Position numbers and translations under genes: made by a program
Part shown: positions 58,188 to 64,000 of the stretch, one piece after another
Layout of the letters: every line of letters starts with the position of its first letter
How positions within the stretch are numbered: position 1 is the first letter of the stretch
Origin: an uncultured Bacilli bacterium
GTDB taxonomy: Bacteria > Bacillota_I > Bacilli_A > RF39 > UBA660
NCBI GenBank assembly: GCA_934085595.1
Contig: CAKOHK010000001.1
Location: 77,429-141,428, forward strand
Direction: 5' to 3'
Length of the DNA: 64,000 nucleotides
Notes under the pieces: generated by a model
What the model saw: only the letters and a program-made list of their open reading frames with translations
Database searches by the model: none
What the model was told of the DNA's origin: nothing

Positions 58188-58791
58188 CTTTTTCCTTTCT
58201 TTTAAGCATATTAATTATTGTATTTTGTAGTTTTTCATTTTCTTTTTCAAGATCATCTCCTACATAATATGCTTTTCCATATTCAATAGTAATACTTTTT
58301 CTAAATAGTTTATATTTTCCAGTAATAACAAAAGGTACTATCGGACTATGTGTTTTAGATGCAAAACTTACTGCTCCATATTTAAATGGTAGTATTATTT
58401 TATCTGTTTTATTTACAGTTCCTTCTGGAAACAACGCAATAGCTCCTTCATTATTAAGTACATTTATAGCTTCACTCTTAGCATTCTCATCATGAATACT
58501 TCTATTAACACTAATACATCCCATACTTCTAAAAAAAGCATTTCCTATTTTACTATTAAATAGTTCTTTTTTAGCAAGAGTATGAACTATTCTATCAGGA
58601 ACACTTATCATAAATGCGGCATCTAAATTACTAGTATGATTGCCACATATAATAACTCTTCCATCAAGAGGTATATTTTCTTTACCTATAATAGTAGGTC
58701 TAAAGATTAATTTAAACAAAGGTGTACCTACACATTTAACAATTTTATATAATCTATACTTCATACTTTCACCTAAATAATTATACATCAA
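58177..58791 (-). CDS. 1-acyl-sn-glycerol-3-phosphate acyltransferase family protein (PlsC-like), second copy
   Basis: 204 aa. Motifs CGNHTSNLD and FPEGTVNK are present. Confidence 0.75.
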   Translation of the reverse strand: MMYNYLGESMKYRLYKIVKCVGTPLFKLIFRPTIIGKENIPLDGRVIICGNHTSNLDAAFMISVPDRIVHTLAKKELFNSKIGNAFFRSMGCISVNRSIHDENAKSEAINVLNNEGAIALFPEGTVNKTDKIILPFKYGAVSFASKTHSPIVPFVITGKYKLFRKSITIEYGKAYYVGDDLEKENEKLQNTIINMLKRKEKDGK

Positions 58792-58825
58792 AATAAATAA
58801 AAAAAGAAGTACAACACTTCATTAT

Positions 58826-58915
58826 TTAATCACAAATGGATTACTAGCGCTTCCATCTCCACTTACATATTGTGCTGTATCATTACCGCTTACTACTAAA
58901 CTAAAATATGCTTGT
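58826..58915 (-). pseudogene. Internal-deletion remnant of the hypervariable-protein family (start region fused to last ~17 codons)
   Basis: 58830-58880 matches the family's 3' end (ttatttaatcacaaatggattactagcgcttccatctccacttacata). 58881-58920 matches the 5' coding region (…tgctgtatcattaccgcttactactaaactaaaatatgc). The reading frame is broken (MKDTSIF*). The junction falls in ACTTAC microhomology. Downstream is a degenerate terminator hairpin GAAGT-ACAAC-ACTTC. Confidence 0.65.
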
Positions 58916-59038
58916 ATCTTTCATATTATATATGCTTCTATTTTCTATTTAAATTATATTTTAGTTATAATCACATTTCAAGGTGCAAATAAAAACTTGT
59001 AAAACACATTTATCATATATCTTACAAGTAATATTATT

Positions 59039-60415
59039 TTATTGTTTTTTAATATCATACCCGTCTCTCTTATCAAGTATTTCGTATCCCACATCAAGTA
59101 ACTTATTACGTAATAAATCACTTTTAGCATAGTCTTTATTTAATTTAGCATTCCATCTTTCCTCTGCCATTTTAACTACTTCTTCTGGTATTTCACTCTT
59201 TTCTTCATCTTCTTCTTTATCAAGTTCAAGACCAAGTACTTTATCAAAATCAATAATTAAATTATAAATATCAATAGACGCTTCTTCTTTTAATATAGTA
59301 AACATTTCTCCAATTGCTAAAGGAGTATTTAAGTCATCATTAACAGCATCTAATAGTCTTTTCTTATATTCATCTATTTTTTCACTACTAATCTTTCTAT
59401 CACTATTCTTATGTTCAAGTAACATTTTCTTAAGACTCTTTCTAGCACTTCTAGCACTATCTAAAGCATCAAATGTAAAATTAATAGTCTTTCTATAATT
59501 AGAGTTTAAACAGAAGAATTTAAAGTCTAAAGAACTATATCCTCTTTCTTCTAAATCTTTAAGAGTATATATATTATTTAAACTCTTACTCATTTTTCCA
59601 CCATCAACCATCAAGAACTCACAATGCATCCATCTCTTAACTACTCTATGTCCCATAGCACAATCATTTTGAGCTATTTCATTTTCATGATGTACACTTT
59701 TATGATCTACTCCTCCAGTATGTATATCTATATTTTCTCCAAGTATATCATTACTCATAACAGAACATTCTATATGCCATCCAGGACATCCAACTCCCCA
59801 AGGACTATCCCATTTCATAATATGATTTGGACTAACTATTTTCCATAACGCAAAATCAAATGGATGATGCTTATTTTCATTTTCTTCTATTCTACTATTT
59901 CTACTAGCATTCATATCTTTATTACTAAGCATTCCATATCCCTTAAATTTCATAACATCAAAATATAATCCATCATCAAGCATATAAGTATACCCTTTAT
60001 CTTCAAGTATCTTTATAAACTTAATCATCTTATCTATATATTCTGTAGCTTTAGTAATATGTTCTGGAATATCAATATTAAGTCTATTCAAATCTTCCAT
60101 AAATATATTAGTATAATATTCTGCTATTTCATAAGGACTTTTCTTTTCTCTTTTACTAGCAACTTCCATCTTGTCTTCCCCTTCATCTTCATCACTAGTT
60201 AAATGTCCTACATCTGTTATATTCATAACTCCATCTATTTTAAATCCATTATATTTAATAGTTCTTCTTAAGTTATCCATAAATATATAGGCTCTCATAT
60301 TACCTATATGAGGATAACTATATACAGTAGGCCCACATGAATACATCTTAACTACTTCTCCATATGGAACAAACTCTTCTTTCTTTCTACTTAATGAATT
60401 ATATAAACTAAGCAT
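59039..60415 (-). CDS. cysS: Cysteine--tRNA ligase
   Basis: The HIGH motif is HIGNMRAYI and the KMSKS motif is present. The start is at ATG 60415 (MLSLYNSLSRKKEEF), which has a GGAAGTG RBS; the ORF track extends to 60436. Confidence 0.9.
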   Translation of the reverse strand: MLSLYNSLSRKKEEFVPYGEVVKMYSCGPTVYSYPHIGNMRAYIFMDNLRRTIKYNGFKIDGVMNITDVGHLTSDEDEGEDKMEVASKREKKSPYEIAEYYTNIFMEDLNRLNIDIPEHITKATEYIDKMIKFIKILEDKGYTYMLDDGLYFDVMKFKGYGMLSNKDMNASRNSRIEENENKHHPFDFALWKIVSPNHIMKWDSPWGVGCPGWHIECSVMSNDILGENIDIHTGGVDHKSVHHENEIAQNDCAMGHRVVKRWMHCEFLMVDGGKMSKSLNNIYTLKDLEERGYSSLDFKFFCLNSNYRKTINFTFDALDSARSARKSLKKMLLEHKNSDRKISSEKIDEYKKRLLDAVNDDLNTPLAIGEMFTILKEEASIDIYNLIIDFDKVLGLELDKEEDEEKSEIPEEVVKMAEERWNAKLNKDYAKSDLLRNKLLDVGYEILDKRDGYDIKKQ

Positions 60416-60495
60416 ATTATCACTTCCTTTACCCAATTATAACATATCAAAAATAACTTGTCATTTAATTTTATAAATCAAATTAAAAAATAGAA

Positions 60496-61395
60496 CTATT
60501 TAGTCCTACGTTTTAAATATATCTTACTATAATATAAATATGAAAAGAATAATATTACTAAAATACCTATTCCAATTCCTAAAGATAACTCTAATATATT
60601 AAATGTACTAGTATTTTTATTTCTATTATTTTCCATTTCAGTTATCGCATCTATCGCATCCATACCACTTATCTTATCTTTATTTATATTAAATCCAAAT
60701 ATTGATTTATCAAATAATATTCTATTTTCTATATAACTTCCTTTTTTATAGTTAGTTATTTTATTATGTACTATAGATTCATTTTCATCTATGCTTGTTT
60801 TCATATTTTTATTTCCATGAGCCCATACTTTAAATAATTCTGATTTATATGGAAGTCCAACTATTATTTCTATATTATCTACATCATAATAAAAGTTATC
60901 TAAAAATCTATAATATAATTCTGCACAATCATTATGCTGCACTAATATATTAGTAACTACATAGTCTAAATAATATACACTTTCTTCTTCATCACTTTTA
61001 TCTACTTTAATAGTATACTCATTTTTATTATCATTTAACTCTACATCTATCTTTTCAAAATCATCTGTTACAAACTCATCCATTCCAAATGCTTCATAAT
61101 TTATTTTATCACTGTTTACTTTATATGATCCATACATACCTACAGATGTACCATTATATATTTCACTTTTATTAAAACTTTCTTTAGTTCCATCAAATAC
61201 TTTAGCATTCTTATTTTTAAGATAAACATTCACAATTAAATCTTCATCCATGTTTTTAACTTTAATAAGTTCTCTTATTCTAATACCACCAGCTATTTCT
61301 GCTTCTGCATACATCTTAATATCTTTAACTTCCATAGCACTTATACTACTAATAGAAATAAATAAACTTAATATAATAAATAATAACTTTTTCAT
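60496..61395 (-). CDS. Secreted/membrane-anchored hypothetical protein (signal peptide + C-terminal TM)
   Basis: 299 aa with an N-terminal signal peptide and a C-terminal hydrophobic segment LGIGIGILVILFFSYLYY. Confidence 0.4.
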   Translation of the reverse strand: MKKLLFIILSLFISISSISAMEVKDIKMYAEAEIAGGIRIRELIKVKNMDEDLIVNVYLKNKNAKVFDGTKESFNKSEIYNGTSVGMYGSYKVNSDKINYEAFGMDEFVTDDFEKIDVELNDNKNEYTIKVDKSDEEESVYYLDYVVTNILVQHNDCAELYYRFLDNFYYDVDNIEIIVGLPYKSELFKVWAHGNKNMKTSIDENESIVHNKITNYKKGSYIENRILFDKSIFGFNINKDKISGMDAIDAITEMENNRNKNTSTFNILELSLGIGIGILVILFFSYLYYSKIYLKRRTK

Positions 61396-61469
61396 ATCTT
61401 CACCTATTTAATTTTAAAACACATTATAAATTAATGCAAGAAAAAGCGAATAATTATATATTATTCACT

Positions 61470-61919
61470 TTAATATTTATTATCAACATCTTTAAAATCA
61501 ACTTTATCAAGTTCATTTATTACTTCTAATTGTGTTTCTATAATTTGTCTTATTCTTCTCTTTAATATATTAGTGTTTCTTTTCAATTGATCTGCTTGAT
61601 CTTGAGCTTTCTCTGCTTTAATAAGAGCATCGTTAATTATTCTACTAGCATTACGTCTAGCTTCATTAATCATACTTTCACATTCACGTCTAGCACTACT
61701 TTTAATTTCATCACTAGCATTCTCAGCTACAAATAATGCCCTATTTAATGTTTCTTCTTTCTTTTCATAATAAGAAAGTTTTTCAAGCAACAATTTATTA
61801 TCCGCTTCAGTCTTTTTACTCTTATTAAGAAGTCCTTCATAACTCTTGATTATTTCATCAAGACACTTATGTACTTCATTCTTATCATACCCACGGAAAA
61901 CAGTATTAAACTTTTCCAT
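61470..61919 (-). CDS. DivIVA-domain protein
   Basis: 149 aa. The DivIVA N-terminal motif FNTVFRGYDKNEVHKCLDEI and a coiled coil are present. Confidence 0.7.
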   Translation of the reverse strand: MEKFNTVFRGYDKNEVHKCLDEIIKSYEGLLNKSKKTEADNKLLLEKLSYYEKKEETLNRALFVAENASDEIKSSARRECESMINEARRNASRIINDALIKAEKAQDQADQLKRNTNILKRRIRQIIETQLEVINELDKVDFKDVDNKY

Positions 61920-61958
61920 ATCACACCTCTATATTAAATCTATATTAATTATATACTT

Positions 61959-62369
61959 CTACCAATTATTTTCTTCACTTTGTTTACTACTACTTTTTTT
62001 ATTGTCATCCTCTGATATATTACCTTCTATTTCACACCCTTTAGGAGCACAAATAACAATACCAGGCCCAAGTTTTTGCATAGTTCCATCAATAGCATAC
62101 ACTATTCCATGTAAAAAATCCATTATTCTTTTTGATACATCAGTAGTAACTCTTTTAAAATTAACAACGACTTGATTTTTACTCTTTAAATAATCAGCTA
62201 TTTGTTGTGCTTCACTAAAAGCTCTAGGTTCTACTAATATAGTTTTATTTCTTATATCCTTATTTATTTTAACTTGTTTTTCTTCATATTCATTTTCTAA
62301 ATCATCATCTTCAGTAGCACTCTTAAATATATCTTTAATTCCCATCGCATCCTCCTTTATTCTATACAC
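61959..62369 (-). CDS. sepF: Cell division protein SepF
   Basis: The C-terminal SepF domain is NQVVVNFKRVTTDVSKRIMDFLHGIVYAIDGTMQKLGPGIVICAPKG. Confidence 0.75.
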   Translation of the reverse strand: MYRIKEDAMGIKDIFKSATEDDDLENEYEEKQVKINKDIRNKTILVEPRAFSEAQQIADYLKSKNQVVVNFKRVTTDVSKRIMDFLHGIVYAIDGTMQKLGPGIVICAPKGCEIEGNISEDDNKKSSSKQSEENNW

Positions 62370-62446
62370 TCTAATTCTAGCACATATAACTTATTCATTC
62401 AAGTACAAATTATTTTATTTTTAAAAAAGTAGTTCTTTAAAAACTA

Positions 62447-62830
62447 CTACAACTTATCACTATCAAATGGATATGGACATATTTCTTCTACTGTATGTTC
62501 TTCCATCTCTCCTAGTATATTCATAAATATAACTTTAGCTGTTTTATCAAATAATTCACTAATAACTTGTCTACATAGGAAACATGAAGGTCCTATTTTA
62601 TCAGTACTATTCATAATATATATACTATCAAAGTCTCCTTTAGTATACCCATTACTTATCGCACTAACTATTGCACTTCTCTCCGCACATATACATGCTC
62701 CATAAGAAGCATTTTCAACATTTACTCCTTTAAATGTCTTCCCATCTTTCATAACTACAATAGATGCTACACTATAATGAGAATAAACACTATAACTATT
62801 ATTAAGTAAACTCTTTAATTCTTCTACCAT
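62447..62830 (-). CDS. cdd: Cytidine deaminase
   Basis: 127 aa. The zinc-binding CAERSAI motif is present. Confidence 0.8.
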   Translation of the reverse strand: MVEELKSLLNNSYSVYSHYSVASIVVMKDGKTFKGVNVENASYGACICAERSAIVSAISNGYTKGDFDSIYIMNSTDKIGPSCFLCRQVISELFDKTAKVIFMNILGEMEEHTVEEICPYPFDSDKL

Positions 62831-62838
62831 ATATTCTC

Positions 62839-63048
62839 CTATTGATATTTTTGCATTTGTTTCATTAATTGATTAACTTGTTTTTGACTTGGATTTCTAC
62901 CCATTCCTCTCATTAAAGTCTTTATCATTTCTTCATTAATAGGTGGATTTTCTTTTAATTGTTTAGTAAACATTTTTTTAGCTATTAAAAAACCACTAAC
63001 TAATCCTACTATTAAACCTATTAATACATATAATATATCCCATAACAT
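62839..63048 (-). CDS. UPF0154 family small membrane protein (YneF-like)
   Basis: 69 aa. LYVLIGLIVGLVSGFLIAKKMFTKQLKENPPINEEMIKTLM resembles Bacillus YneF. Confidence 0.65.
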   Translation of the reverse strand: MLWDILYVLIGLIVGLVSGFLIAKKMFTKQLKENPPINEEMIKTLMRGMGRNPSQKQVNQLMKQMQKYQ

Positions 63049-63085
63049 AATTATTACTTCCTTTCATAAATATATTATCATATTT

Positions 63086-63520
63086 TTATACACTTACGCA
63101 AGAATTATAAACTGTTTCTTCTAGTAAAAAATAATCTTTATTATTAAAATCACACACAAATATATTATTAAACTTTCTTATATTATAAAAGAATGATGGT
63201 GCATTTTTATTACTTTTAATTTTTATATGTGAGTTATTTATTATCATTTTAGTTGATTCATCATTATAAAAATCATTTATTATATGTGTATAGTTATAAC
63301 ATATATAGTTTTCATTTTCCATATTCTTTTCTTTTATATAATTATTTACTATATCTTTCTTCATAGGATTTACTATTTTTTCAAATATATCATATCCTAG
63401 TACTAAATCTTCTTCTTTTAGTTTATATACACTTTCTAATATTTCATATAACTCATCATAATTATGTTTATAGTTTTTAAGAATATTATCTTTTATATCA
63501 AATAAATAGTATGTTCTCAT
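63086..63520 (-). CDS. Hypothetical protein
   Basis: 144-aa ORF with no motifs. Confidence 0.35.
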   Translation of the reverse strand: MRTYYLFDIKDNILKNYKHNYDELYEILESVYKLKEEDLVLGYDIFEKIVNPMKKDIVNNYIKEKNMENENYICYNYTHIINDFYNDESTKMIINNSHIKIKSNKNAPSFFYNIRKFNNIFVCDFNNKDYFLLEETVYNSCVSV

Positions 63521-63584
63521 TTTTTCCTCCTAAGAACATACTATCAAATTATATTTAAAATATTTGTCGAATTAAATATATATT

Positions 63585-64000
63585 TTAATGTTTGTTAGTT
63601 TTATTTTTATCTTTATCAAGTAGTTCATTTACTGTAGTAGTTAAAGTAGTTAAACTTTGTAAATCAGATGGTATTATTATCTTTGTAGATTTTCCGTTTG
63701 CTGCTTCAATAAAAGCTTCATAACTTTTTAGTTTTAATACTGATTCATCCACATTTGCCTCTTTAAGTAATTTTAATCCTTCAGCAGTTGCTTTTTGTAT
63801 TTTTAATATTGCTTCCGCTTCTCCTTCTGCTTCTTTTACTTGTGCTTCTTTTTTAGCTTCTGCTCTTAAAATCATACTTTGTTTTTCACCTTCAGCAGTA
63901 AGAATCGCTGCTTTTTTCTCACCTTCAGCTTGTAAAATCTTTTCACGTCTTTCACGTTCAGCACGCATTTGTTTTTCCATAGCCTCTTGTATATCACTAG
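63585..64000 (-). CDS. SPFH/band-7 (flotillin/YqfA-like) protein, C-terminal part (continues beyond window end)
   Basis: An Ala/Glu-rich repeat region (EKKAAILTAEGEKQSMILRAEAKKEAQVKEAEGEAEAIL) is typical of the SPFH C-terminus. The frame remains open through 64000. Confidence 0.55.
   Translation of the reverse strand, partial: SDIQEAMEKQMRAERERREKILQAEGEKKAAILTAEGEKQSMILRAEAKKEAQVKEAEGEAEAILKIQKATAEGLKLLKEANVDESVLKLKSYEAFIEAANGKSTKIIIPSDLQSLTTLTTTVNELLDKDKNKTNKH

Overview
This 64 kb window comes from a very AT-rich chromosome (I estimate roughly 25% GC). It is probably a spore-forming Firmicute: the replicase is PolC-type, and HelD, SepF, DivIVA, GerE-like, YlbD/YlbE and GerM-like genes are present. 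Almost all genes lie on the minus strand. The core content is housekeeping. It includes polC, polA, tig, greA, the mltG-yrrM-U32-U32 block, ruvX, ireB, nth, dnaD, cca, mraY, holA, rpsU, rnhB, alr, murG, divIB, cysS, sepF, divIVA, cdd and one tRNA-Met.

Interspersed among these are at least five intact paralogues, one 3'-end copy and two deletion remnants of a secreted protein family. The family has a TasA/camelysin-like N-terminal domain and a conserved C-terminal domain. The last ~40 codons before the C-terminus form a conspicuously GC-rich hypervariable block. The short 3' copy at 51567..51797 is Asn(AAC/AAT)-rich. When I translated it and compared it codon by codon with the variable blocks, the differences are overwhelmingly adenine-specific. 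All variable blocks share a 3' GC-rich boundary (RQSVYL) that differs from the copy (RTSVYL), and a GC-rich hairpin sits next to the copy. This is the signature of a diversity-generating retroelement (DGR) with a template repeat and multiple variable-repeat targets. No reverse transcriptase or Avd gene is visible in the window.

Other notable points:
- An ABC-F ATPase gene is embedded in a promoter-carrying segmental duplication of an acyl-CoA synthetase gene, with a microhomology-mediated deletion remnant.
- A three-gene pseudopilin operon has no ATPase nearby.
- A putative thioester-type adhesin carries an atypical sorting signal.
- There are unexplained GC-rich tandem repeats.
- A palindrome plus direct repeats lie upstream of polA.
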